From positions 1 through 58,150 of the forward strand of contig JAWODZ010000187.1 in the NCBI GenBank assembly GCA_046483025.1: a stretch of DNA of 58,150 nucleotides, given 5' to 3'. The notes under the pieces are model-generated. The model was not told where the DNA came from. It searched no databases and was given only the letters and a program-made list of their open reading frames with translations. The translations under genes were made by a program, and so were the position numbers. This DNA comes from a bacterium (GTDB lineage Bacteria; Zhuqueibacterota; QNDG01; CAYUAG01). Shown in pieces: positions 39,717 through 48,944 of the stretch; positions within the stretch are counted from its first letter, which is position 1; each line of letters begins with the position of its first letter.

Positions 39717-41789
39717 TTACAATTTTAATATTGATTTAATCAATATTTCTACATCTAACTTAAATGAATAATTTCTTAAATAAAACTCATGTAATCGAAG
39801 TTTTTCTTCTAATGATTTATCCTTGTACAATTGGATAATACCGGTTATACCGGGTTTAAATCCAAATTCTTTAACATTAGAATCAAAAAAAATTATGGGG
39901 GTTCCCACTAAAGTCAGTTTACCACTCATAACCTCCAGTAAAAGTGTAACCAGTCCCAGATTATTTAAAACCCTTTTCCCATGCTTAAATAAGACTAAAA
40001 TTTTTTCTTTTCCTCCTATACCATTAGAAACTACCAATCGATTAATGCTGTATCTCCTCGACAATAGAATATACAAAAAAAATGGAATTAATAAAGGAAA
40101 AAAAATAAAACTTACCAGCAAATCAACAGCTCTTTTTAGCATCAAATTTGATAATCTATATATTTTGTAATCTAATTTTACCAGAGGAATTTCATCAAAA
40201 TTTTCAATATCAGTACTGCCAATAATCATCTCATCACTTTCCGGCAGGATTTTAAAATCAATGTTCAATTTCTTCATATCAACAATAATATTTAATAAAT
40301 TCTTGTTTGCTATTGTTTCGGGTGAAAAAATTATTTCATTTATTTTATGTGCAATAACCAGTCTTTTTAAATCATCCAAACTTCCCAAAACAGGTTTTTC
40401 AGCAATGGATGATTCCAATAAATCATTTTTTTGGGGTGTAATAAACCCTATTACATTATACTTTTGAGTAGATCTCTCATTAATCCGTCTCATAATTGTT
40501 CTCGCCAGGGAATCAGTACCGACAATTAAAACTCTTTTTTGAAACATGTAGCTGCTGATAAAATTAAAAAATCTGTTTTCAGATGAACTGGTAGCTAAAA
40601 ATAACAGTATTCGCCAACCTGGAATAAAAATTGAATTAAATATAGCTGCCACGATAAACACCTGACGGGAAAAAGCATACTGAGGCAGAAAAAATGTTAT
40701 GGAAGCATTAATCAAGAATCCGGCTGTAACTCCTTCCAATGCTTTAAAAAAATTTTTAAATCTTCGTGTATATAACCCGGTAGAAAAAAAAGAAATCAGC
40801 CATACAGTCGAATAGATGCAATTAATCAATGCATAGGAATACCATGCCTGTAAGTCATTAAATTTTATGATAATTGATAATAATAATGAAATTTGAATAA
40901 AGAGTAAATCAATTAAAGGAACTGAAATCATTTTAAATAATTTCGTTAAAAAAGACATTCCGCCCCGCAGCCAAATACCCATTAACAGTATCCAATTAGG
41001 AATAACTGAGAATCCTTTTTTTGAATGCTTATTAACAAAAATTTGCATGGCCTGATAGAATAGTTTAATACTGTCAAAAACGGCTTCTTTGGTACTACTG
41101 CCTTTATAATGAATGATTTTTGTTGTGGGTAAGTAAATTATTCTCCACCCCTTTTCTTTGATCCGGTAACACCAGTCAAGATCTTCTCCAAATAAAAAAA
41201 ACGACTCATCAAGAAAACCCACTTCATCTATGGTTTTTTTTCTTACCATCATAAAGGAACCGGAAATGGCATCAACCTCCATAATTTCATCAGGGTCACA
41301 ATAACTAAGATTATATTGACCAAATAATTTACTCTGAGGAAATAATTTACTTAAACCGGATATTTTACTAAAAGCAACCCACGGTGTGGGGAAACTGCGT
41401 CTGCAGGCCAGTTGCAATGTGCCGTCCGGATTTATAATCTTGCATCCTAAAGCACCTACATCATCATGATTGTTCAGAAATTCCAGGCTGACAGTAAAGG
41501 TATCAGCCTGAACAATAGTATCAGGATTTACCAGACATATATATTTACCTTTTGCTAATTTAAGAGCTTGGTTATTGGCTTTGGAAAACCCAAAATTTTT
41601 ATTATTAGATATTAAGTTGACTTCTGGAAAATTTTTCCGTATCATTACATCACTGCCATCACTGGAATTGTTATCCACTACAAATATTTCACAGCTGATA
41701 TCCTTTACTGCTTTCTGAATTGAACTTAAAGCTTGTTCAAGTAATGGTCTGACATTATAGTTAACAATTATAACTGAAAGCTGGATCAT
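39717..41789 (-). CDS. GT2 glycosyltransferase fused to TM, Rossmann-like and degenerate bacterial sugar-transferase domains
   Basis: IIVNYN, VDNNSSDGS, NFGFSKANN, NPD and GEDLDWC; then TM helices, VLIVG, KRAVD, LVG and KPGITG. Confidence 0.85.
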   Translation of the reverse strand: MIQLSVIIVNYNVRPLLEQALSSIQKAVKDISCEIFVVDNNSSDGSDVMIRKNFPEVNLISNNKNFGFSKANNQALKLAKGKYICLVNPDTIVQADTFTVSLEFLNNHDDVGALGCKIINPDGTLQLACRRSFPTPWVAFSKISGLSKLFPQSKLFGQYNLSYCDPDEIMEVDAISGSFMMVRKKTIDEVGFLDESFFLFGEDLDWCYRIKEKGWRIIYLPTTKIIHYKGSSTKEAVFDSIKLFYQAMQIFVNKHSKKGFSVIPNWILLMGIWLRGGMSFLTKLFKMISVPLIDLLFIQISLLLSIIIKFNDLQAWYSYALINCIYSTVWLISFFSTGLYTRRFKNFFKALEGVTAGFLINASITFFLPQYAFSRQVFIVAAIFNSIFIPGWRILLFLATSSSENRFFNFISSYMFQKRVLIVGTDSLARTIMRRINERSTQKYNVIGFITPQKNDLLESSIAEKPVLGSLDDLKRLVIAHKINEIIFSPETIANKNLLNIIVDMKKLNIDFKILPESDEMIIGSTDIENFDEIPLVKLDYKIYRLSNLMLKRAVDLLVSFIFFPLLIPFFLYILLSRRYSINRLVVSNGIGGKEKILVLFKHGKRVLNNLGLVTLLLEVMSGKLTLVGTPIIFFDSNVKEFGFKPGITGIIQLYKDKSLEEKLRLHEFYLRNYSFKLDVEILIKSILKL

Positions 41790-42538
41790 TAATCAAATTT
41801 TCCTAATATACTTAAAAATCTCAATTTCCAAACCATAAAAATTGCTTCCCGGATAACACCGGAACTCATTTTTGATTCACCGTGATAACGATCGGTAAAA
41901 ATTATTGGGATCTCAACTATTTTGAATCCTTTTTTCCAGGTTTTAAAATGCATCTCAATCTGAAAACTGTATCCGTCTGAATGTATTTTATTCAGATTGA
42001 TAGCTTCCAGTACTTTTCGTCTGAAACACTTAAACCCACTGGTGGAATCTTTAACAGGAAGACCAGTGACGATCCTGGTATATAAATTAGCAAACCAGGA
42101 TAACAGAAGCCGGGACAATGGCCAATTTATGACATTTACGCCCCGCACATATCGTGAACCAATCACAAGATCACAATCTTGAATAGCTTTCATAAATTCA
42201 GGAATAACCTTGGGATCATGAGAAAAATCAGCATCCATTTCAAAGATAAAATCATACTTATTCCTTAAAGCATAACGAAACCCTTCAACATAGGCAGTAC
42301 CCAAACCCATTTTAGCGGGACGTTCGATTAAATGAATAGAGCTGTTCATCCTCATAAAATTTTGAACTACAGATGCTGTACCATCTGAAGAATTATCATC
42401 AATAATCAAAATTTCAATATTGGGGATTTTATTTAAAATTTCAGGTAGTAATTTTTTAATATTATAAGCTTCATTATAGGTTGGTATAATAACCAACATT
42501 TTTTCATCTCTTCCTGAATTATTTTCTGATCTGCTCAT
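41789..42538 (-). CDS. Polyprenol-monophosphomannose synthase (DPM1/Ppm1-like GT2)
   Basis: IIPTYNE, DDNSSDGT, GLGTAY, EMDADFSHDP, GSRY, DSTSGFKCFR, GYSFQIE and GESKMS. Confidence 0.88.
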   Translation of the reverse strand: MSRSENNSGRDEKMLVIIPTYNEAYNIKKLLPEILNKIPNIEILIIDDNSSDGTASVVQNFMRMNSSIHLIERPAKMGLGTAYVEGFRYALRNKYDFIFEMDADFSHDPKVIPEFMKAIQDCDLVIGSRYVRGVNVINWPLSRLLLSWFANLYTRIVTGLPVKDSTSGFKCFRRKVLEAINLNKIHSDGYSFQIEMHFKTWKKGFKIVEIPIIFTDRYHGESKMSSGVIREAIFMVWKLRFLSILGKFD

Positions 42539-42619
42539 TTACATTTTCTCCTTAGTGGCTCAGATAAAAAAACTGAGAACCCCAATAAAATGATATGAGA
42601 TTAAATAATAATATATTTT

Positions 42620-43090
42620 CTATTTTTTTAATTTACTTCCCATCCTTCGAAATTCTTTAAGTTTATTTTTTAAAGTAGAATCATTAAGAGCCAGAATTTG
42701 CAGGGCCAGTACTGCTGCATTCTTAGCCCCGGCAGGACCAATAGCTACGGTCGCAACCGGAATTCCAGGAGGCATTTGAACTATGGAATAAAGAGCATCA
42801 GTTCCTGATAAAGAAGAACTGTCAATTGGCACTCCAATAACCGGAATGATTACTTTTGAGGCTATAACTCCAGGTAAAGCCGCCGCCATACCAGCACCGG
42901 CGATAATGACTTCCGTACAGTTTGTTTTTATCTGATTAATATAGGCATCCAGTTCATCAGGATTTCTATGGGCTGAAATAACTTTCGATTCATAAGAAAT
43001 ACCAAAATATTCCAGGTATTCCAAACATGAATCCATTACTTTTTTATCGGAACTGCTTCCCATAATAACTGCTGCTTGTATACCAGACAT
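42620..43090 (-). CDS. purE: N5-carboxyaminoimidazole ribonucleotide mutase
   Basis: MGSSSD, SAHR, AGAGMAAALPG, VIGVP and QMPPGIPVATV. Confidence 0.96.
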   Translation of the reverse strand: MSGIQAAVIMGSSSDKKVMDSCLEYLEYFGISYESKVISAHRNPDELDAYINQIKTNCTEVIIAGAGMAAALPGVIASKVIIPVIGVPIDSSSLSGTDALYSIVQMPPGIPVATVAIGPAGAKNAAVLALQILALNDSTLKNKLKEFRRMGSKLKK

Positions 43091-44173
43091 TTATTCCTCC
43101 TCTCTATCAAAAATAGTCCTAAAGGTTTTTGCTATAACATCCATGCGATGTAAATAAGGTAATTTATCCTTTTGAGGAGCATACATGGCTAAATCAATCA
43201 TGAATACACGACGGGTAAGAGGATCATAAAAGGTATAATTTTTAAAAGGACCACCTTTTACTTTTGGCTCATTCTCCCACAGACCCCTGGTTATTTGAGC
43301 TTCCCTGCCCAAAAATTCACCTTCACGGGAATATAAATACTTGTTTACTACACTGTCTCCCCCATAATACTTTGCTCCAATACGGTTTCGTTCCCTAATT
43401 ACCCATTCAGGTCTGAGCATGCTCATATCCCCGCCTTCTATCCACCGTACAAATATCCATCTTTCCGGCATTAAACGTCTGAACCAGATAAACCCCTGGT
43501 CGGGAAATTCCTGTACCATAAAATAATCCCTTTGAAGCAATAATGTCCAATCGTACTTATCCAGCAACTCTTCTTTCAATTTATGGTTAGCCCGTTTTCC
43601 TTCAATGGTATAATGAATATAATCCTCATAATCCGACTTGAAAATATTATAAATAAACTCACGATTAATGTGTATTTTTTCTCTCAGAGAATGAATATCT
43701 TTTGCAACCAAAACAGCTATTAATTGTTTTTTTGCCCACTGATTTTGTAAAGGAAAAACATAGTATTCTCCCTCAAGCACACCTTTTTTTATCAAAGAAT
43801 CCTGCAGCTGTTCCTTGACTATTTGTCCAATTTTTCCGCCTGAGTTCATAGTTGAAGCAATAATGAGATATTTAAATCTGGTATATAACTCAAATTGTTC
43901 CATGGGAACATGTTTTACTCTGAAAGTTGATTCCAACTGAGGTGTACGGATTGTACGTTCAAAAACATCTTTCAGGTCAACCTGAATCCTCTGCCAATCA
44001 GAACTATCAGCCATTATTCCTATTACCCCCTCGTCCCACCAGCTGTTAGGTGTCATTGTACAGGATACCAGAAAGGGCGGAACAGGCCTGCTTCCATTAA
44101 TATCCGATAAAGAAAATGTCAAAGTTAGAATAATTATGAAAAAAGATCCAATAACAATTATTTTTTTGTTCAT
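43091..44173 (-). CDS. DUF4837-like exported protein
   Basis: N-terminal hydrophobic segment; TPQLE, WAKKQ, TRGLWE, GGPF and YAPQKDK. Confidence 0.65.
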   Translation of the reverse strand: MNKKIIVIGSFFIIILTLTFSLSDINGSRPVPPFLVSCTMTPNSWWDEGVIGIMADSSDWQRIQVDLKDVFERTIRTPQLESTFRVKHVPMEQFELYTRFKYLIIASTMNSGGKIGQIVKEQLQDSLIKKGVLEGEYYVFPLQNQWAKKQLIAVLVAKDIHSLREKIHINREFIYNIFKSDYEDYIHYTIEGKRANHKLKEELLDKYDWTLLLQRDYFMVQEFPDQGFIWFRRLMPERWIFVRWIEGGDMSMLRPEWVIRERNRIGAKYYGGDSVVNKYLYSREGEFLGREAQITRGLWENEPKVKGGPFKNYTFYDPLTRRVFMIDLAMYAPQKDKLPYLHRMDVIAKTFRTIFDREEE

Positions 44174-44196
44174 ACATATCTCCTTGTTTGAATATT

Positions 44197-45159
44197 TTAC
44201 TCATTTTTCTTATTAATTTTTCTTCTGATAATAAATATAATTCCTCCTGGTAAACTTGAAAATATTGCAACTAAAAAAGCTAAAAATTCAATCGATACAG
44301 CAACATCATTCTGAATTGCAGCTATTGAACTAAAAAGAATCATTCCAATGGATTCTCGAATACCTATTCCTCCAATACTAATGGGTAAACTTGATATTAT
44401 TGCTATAAATGGTATTATGAAAAAGAAATATTTACAGGAAACATTTACATCCAGCGATCTGCTTACCATATAATGCATAAAAATTCTTAAAGATTGAATA
44501 AGTATTGATATAAAAACTAATTTTATAAATAAAGAACGAGATCGGCCAAAGCTGTGTATTTTTCTGTATACTTCTATTGTTTTTAAATGAATTTCCTCAG
44601 GTGCTAATTTTTCATAAACCCAGGCAAATGGTTGAGCAACTTTTTTATTAAAAAACAAAAAAAGTATAAAAACCCAGATACCAATGAAAATCAGAAAATA
44701 AGTTATATATTGCTGATCAAACAAGTTTTCAAGTATTATTACCGGAAAAGCCAAAACTGCAAAACAGGATAATACAAAAAAACCCATAAATCTATCGATA
44801 ATAACACTAAAAACCGCACTGGTACCTTTACTGGAGAATTTATTAATATCAAACATTCTGAATAAATCACCGCCTAAACTGCTTGGTAAAAAATTATTAA
44901 AAAATAAACCTACAAAATAAAATTTTAAAGCATTAAAAAAATTGATTTTTATTTTTTCGGCCTGTAAAAGCAGCCACCATTGATAACTGCCAATACAATG
45001 ACTGACGAGAAAAATACATAAGGCAAGACCAATCCAGACCAAAGAAACTGAACTGATCACTTCAATAATGCTGGAAATACCGATTCGTTTGATGAGAAAA
45101 ACAATAAGGGCAAAACTGATAATCAATTTCAGTAACGTATGTAAACTTTTTTTAATCAA
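44197..45159 (-). CDS. Lysylphosphatidylglycerol-synthase TM / UPF0104 flippase-like membrane protein
   Basis: FFNNFLPSSLGGD, DR and LPISIGGIGIRE; many TM helices. Confidence 0.85.
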   Translation of the reverse strand: MIKKSLHTLLKLIISFALIVFLIKRIGISSIIEVISSVSLVWIGLALCIFLVSHCIGSYQWWLLLQAEKIKINFFNALKFYFVGLFFNNFLPSSLGGDLFRMFDINKFSSKGTSAVFSVIIDRFMGFFVLSCFAVLAFPVIILENLFDQQYITYFLIFIGIWVFILFLFFNKKVAQPFAWVYEKLAPEEIHLKTIEVYRKIHSFGRSRSLFIKLVFISILIQSLRIFMHYMVSRSLDVNVSCKYFFFIIPFIAIISSLPISIGGIGIRESIGMILFSSIAAIQNDVAVSIEFLAFLVAIFSSLPGGIIFIIRRKINKKNE

Positions 45160-45170
45160 ATATTTTTTAC

Positions 45171-46211
45171 TTATAAATTTAAATCTTTGAATGTAGAAAT
45201 TTTTTTTATAAAATAATCAATAGCAATACTTCTATGATACATTTTTTTAAAAATTATATCATCATTATGAATACGAATATACTTTACCAATCTTCTGCCT
45301 TTTAAAATAGTGGTAAAATGGATCATTACACCTCCAAAACCTGCCATAACTGCTATTGATCTTTTGGGCTGAATTTTTAGTAAAAATCCAATGACAGTAA
45401 AAAATTCCAGGCACAGACGTACCGGAAGCAACCACATTAAAGTTATACATGAATAGTTACGTAAGATCATTAATAGATTATTTCGATGATTTAATACCAT
45501 TTTATAAAATTTATCTTCTCCCAGAGTAGCGCCGGTTTGATGAAAAACAACCGCTTTAGGTTGAGAAACCACCTTATATCCGGCCAGATGCATACGCCAG
45601 TTAAGATCTATTTCTTCCATATGAGCAAAAAAGTCCTGTTCTAGCAATCCTATCTTATCCAGTACAGATTTCTTCAGTAAGACTGCAGCACCAGTGGCCC
45701 AGAAAACCTCTCTGCTATCATCATACTGTCCATAATCTTTCTCCATAGTATAAAAAATTCTTCCCCTGGCAAAAGGATATCCAAAAATATCAATTTCTCC
45801 GCCTGCAGCACCGCAATAATCAAATCTATCCGGTTGTTGTATGGAAAGAATCTTGGGCTGAACTGCTGCAATACTGTCCTGTTCCTCTGCAGTTTCTACC
45901 AATAATGTTAACCAATCCGGTTTCACTGTAGTATCGTTATTCAGTAAAACAACATATCTGCTTTCACATGATTGTATCCCCAGATTACATCCGCCAGCAT
46001 ATCCAAGATTCTTTTTACTTTGAATAATATCTACTTCCGGAAATTTGGTTCTTACCATGGTGATACTGTTATCGGTTGAGCCATTATCAATTATCAATAT
46101 TCTGAAATCTTTATAATTAGTATTATGTAATGATTTCAGACATCTTTTTAAAATCCTCTCACCATTGAAATGCGGTATTATAATTGTAACTCTTGGAATC
46201 GACATACACAT
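45171..46211 (-). CDS. GT2 family glycosyltransferase
   Basis: DNGSTD, NLGYAGGCN, LLNND, WATGA and FFAHMEEIDLNWR. Confidence 0.92.
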   Translation of the reverse strand: MCMSIPRVTIIIPHFNGERILKRCLKSLHNTNYKDFRILIIDNGSTDNSITMVRTKFPEVDIIQSKKNLGYAGGCNLGIQSCESRYVVLLNNDTTVKPDWLTLLVETAEEQDSIAAVQPKILSIQQPDRFDYCGAAGGEIDIFGYPFARGRIFYTMEKDYGQYDDSREVFWATGAAVLLKKSVLDKIGLLEQDFFAHMEEIDLNWRMHLAGYKVVSQPKAVVFHQTGATLGEDKFYKMVLNHRNNLLMILRNYSCITLMWLLPVRLCLEFFTVIGFLLKIQPKRSIAVMAGFGGVMIHFTTILKGRRLVKYIRIHNDDIIFKKMYHRSIAIDYFIKKISTFKDLNL

Positions 46212-48911
46212 TTATTTCCGAGATTGCAGTTTTTTTATAGCATCAAGTTTTTCTTCAAGAGCAGGAGCATTAGGATATTTCTCCAGTAAATCAGTCAGTA
46301 ATTTAATTTCTTTATCATACTGTTTGGATAATTCATACACTCTCAGCAGTTCGCTGATTATTTCCATATTATCTGGATGTGTTTTATATTCATCCAATAA
46401 TATTTTTTCTGCTTTATCCCAATCATTCATTCCCTGAGCTGTTTGACTGCGCATAATTGCTCTTTCAGCTTCGGAAATCTCTACATCTTCTCTGAAATGA
46501 AGTAACTGTTGTTCAGCTTCCGGCTCCATTTCCACTCTGCGATAAAGATCTGCTGCTCTAAGTGCTAAAGCTTTATGGGTGTATGGTATTACCTTTGCCG
46601 GTATCACTCTTGACATGGTTTCCAGGGTTTCAATTGCTTTATCTTTTTTATCATCAGAAACATAGGCATAGGCTAATTGAATAAAAGCAGATCTGTAATT
46701 CTGCAGAAGATTAATGGTATCATCATTATAATACACTTCCGGATTATTTAAATTCCTGAATTGAAATTTATCTAAAAGATTCCTGGAAAGAATCTCTGGT
46801 TTAATTTTACTTCTTCTAAAAAAGGGAACAACTTTGTAGGCAAGTCCATCCATTCTGAGAAATCGTTCCAGTCCCAGAAGATTCTGTCGTGCAACAGTGA
46901 CTGCAAAATAAACCGGACGTCTCCAATTCACCATCTCTAGAATCCGTAACACCATTATATCCTGTATCCTGAGAACTTGCGGCTGACTTTGCGGAAAAGT
47001 GGGAGATAGAGTAAATACCATTTGTTTGGGAACATCCGATAAACTGATGTTTTCATTCTGTTCCTGTAATTTCTTCAATTCCTCTTTTCTAACTTTATTA
47101 TTAATTGATATTGAAAATTGTTTTGTTTCCCAGCCAACATAGGATATATTTTCAATTTGTTGATCACTCATATTCAGAGGAATTCTGGGTTCCTGATCCC
47201 GAAGTTGTTCTATATACCAGGGTGTATTTAATAGTGATAAATTAACCACTTTAATATCTCTGCGAATTCCTTCCACCTCCTGCAGATACCAGAGAGGAAA
47301 AGTGTCATTATCTCCATTGGTGAAGATTATTGCATCATCTCCGCAGGACTGCAAGAGATTATAGGAATAATCCCAGGCAACATAATTACCCTGACGGCTG
47401 TGACTGTGGTGATTGAACGTATACATATTTATGGGAACTGCAACAAAAAGCACAACCGAACAAACTATAAAACCAACCTTTTTGAGCTTTTGTTTCTCAG
47501 CCAGAAAACTCTCCACGGCTTCACAAAATCCGGCAAAGCCAATCCCGATCCACAAAGCAAATGCAAAAAAAGCTCCCACATAGGAGTAATCTCTCTCCCT
47601 GGGTTGAGGATCTGGCTGGTTCAAATAAATAATTATTGCATATCCCATCATAATGAAAAGCACCAATACTGCAATGGCCCGTTTTTTATCCTTGAAAAAA
47701 TGATGGATTGCCCCCCATAATCCTACCAGAAACGGAAGCCCGTATAATCCTCTGAAACTGACAACTTCTGTAATTCTATTATGAAAATCCAGGGTTGTGC
47801 CCTTACCAATAAACTGCCAGGCAAAATACCGGTTAAACATAAAATTTATTTGATAGCTCCAGAATTCAGCTTTCCGGTGTAAAAATGTCAGCAGCATACT
47901 CTGCTCTCCATACTGTTTTCGATTCAGATAATCTCCCATAGCTTGCAGTGTTTTAGGAGAGTTTTCATTGATGGGCGGATCAAGGTTGGCACGAATATAA
48001 ATTACCAGATATAAAGAATAGCCAATAAATATTAAACCAGGTATGATCCACCAGATTTTAAAAACCTGTTTATCTTTATTGTACATATAAATCAGGGTGA
48101 TCACTATCCAGATTAGTCCGAACCATGTCAGAAAACTTCCTGCTTTGTTTTGATAAGCAATCATTTCATTGTATCCTCTGATTTTAGAAGGATCATATTG
48201 ATAAAAAAGCATATAAAGCAAAACCGGAATTCCAATTTGAACAGCAAGTAACAAAAGAAGTCTTTTAACTTTTTCATTTTCATGAAAAAAAGCAACTAAA
48301 AATACAAAGGGGAAAGCCAGGATGTTTAATAAATGAACTCCGGTAGCAAGACTGAATAAGTAAAAAATAAACAGAATTATAAGAATACTGCCGCTTTTTT
48401 CAGATCGTTCTTCCCAGATCAAAGCAAGCCATATAACCAACGCTGTAAACAACATGGAAAAAGCATAGACCTCAGCTTCTACTGCATTGAACCAGAAACT
48501 GTCTGTAAATGCAAAAGACAGACTGCCGAAAATCCCGCTGAGATAAATCACCACTCTGTCTTCCCAGGTTTTTGCCTCCCCTCTCCATCTTTTTATAAGC
48601 TTAACAATCACCAGATAAGTAAACAATACAGTTGCTGCGCTCACCAGTACAGAAAAAAGATTCACCTTTAATCCGGGATCGGAAACAAAAGGAAGCATGG
48701 TCATAATTCTTCCAAGGAGAAGATACAGCGGAGCTCCAGGGGGGTGCATAACACCTAAAATTTGTGAACAGGCGATAAACTCCCCGCAGTCCCAGAAAGA
48801 AGTAGTAGGAGCTACGGACCGCAAATAGGCAAAAAAAGATAATATAAAAACAGCAATTGCACTTAAAACATGTATTTTTTTATTCAAAGACCAATTCTTT
48901 AATTCCATCAA
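46212..48911 (-). CDS. DUF2723/TMEM260-like GT-C membrane protein, copy 2
   Basis: SFWDCGEFIA, HPPGAPLY, WFNAVEAEVY, QPRERDYSY, FTNGDNDTFPLWYLQEVE and VNLSLLNT; C-terminal TPR-like helices. Confidence 0.9.
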   Translation of the reverse strand: MMELKNWSLNKKIHVLSAIAVFILSFFAYLRSVAPTTSFWDCGEFIACSQILGVMHPPGAPLYLLLGRIMTMLPFVSDPGLKVNLFSVLVSAATVLFTYLVIVKLIKRWRGEAKTWEDRVVIYLSGIFGSLSFAFTDSFWFNAVEAEVYAFSMLFTALVIWLALIWEERSEKSGSILIILFIFYLFSLATGVHLLNILAFPFVFLVAFFHENEKVKRLLLLLAVQIGIPVLLYMLFYQYDPSKIRGYNEMIAYQNKAGSFLTWFGLIWIVITLIYMYNKDKQVFKIWWIIPGLIFIGYSLYLVIYIRANLDPPINENSPKTLQAMGDYLNRKQYGEQSMLLTFLHRKAEFWSYQINFMFNRYFAWQFIGKGTTLDFHNRITEVVSFRGLYGLPFLVGLWGAIHHFFKDKKRAIAVLVLFIMMGYAIIIYLNQPDPQPRERDYSYVGAFFAFALWIGIGFAGFCEAVESFLAEKQKLKKVGFIVCSVVLFVAVPINMYTFNHHSHSRQGNYVAWDYSYNLLQSCGDDAIIFTNGDNDTFPLWYLQEVEGIRRDIKVVNLSLLNTPWYIEQLRDQEPRIPLNMSDQQIENISYVGWETKQFSISINNKVRKEELKKLQEQNENISLSDVPKQMVFTLSPTFPQSQPQVLRIQDIMVLRILEMVNWRRPVYFAVTVARQNLLGLERFLRMDGLAYKVVPFFRRSKIKPEILSRNLLDKFQFRNLNNPEVYYNDDTINLLQNYRSAFIQLAYAYVSDDKKDKAIETLETMSRVIPAKVIPYTHKALALRAADLYRRVEMEPEAEQQLLHFREDVEISEAERAIMRSQTAQGMNDWDKAEKILLDEYKTHPDNMEIISELLRVYELSKQYDKEIKLLTDLLEKYPNAPALEEKLDAIKKLQSRK

Positions 48912-48944
48912 CTAATCTCCCTTTGATGTTTGATATGAAAATTA

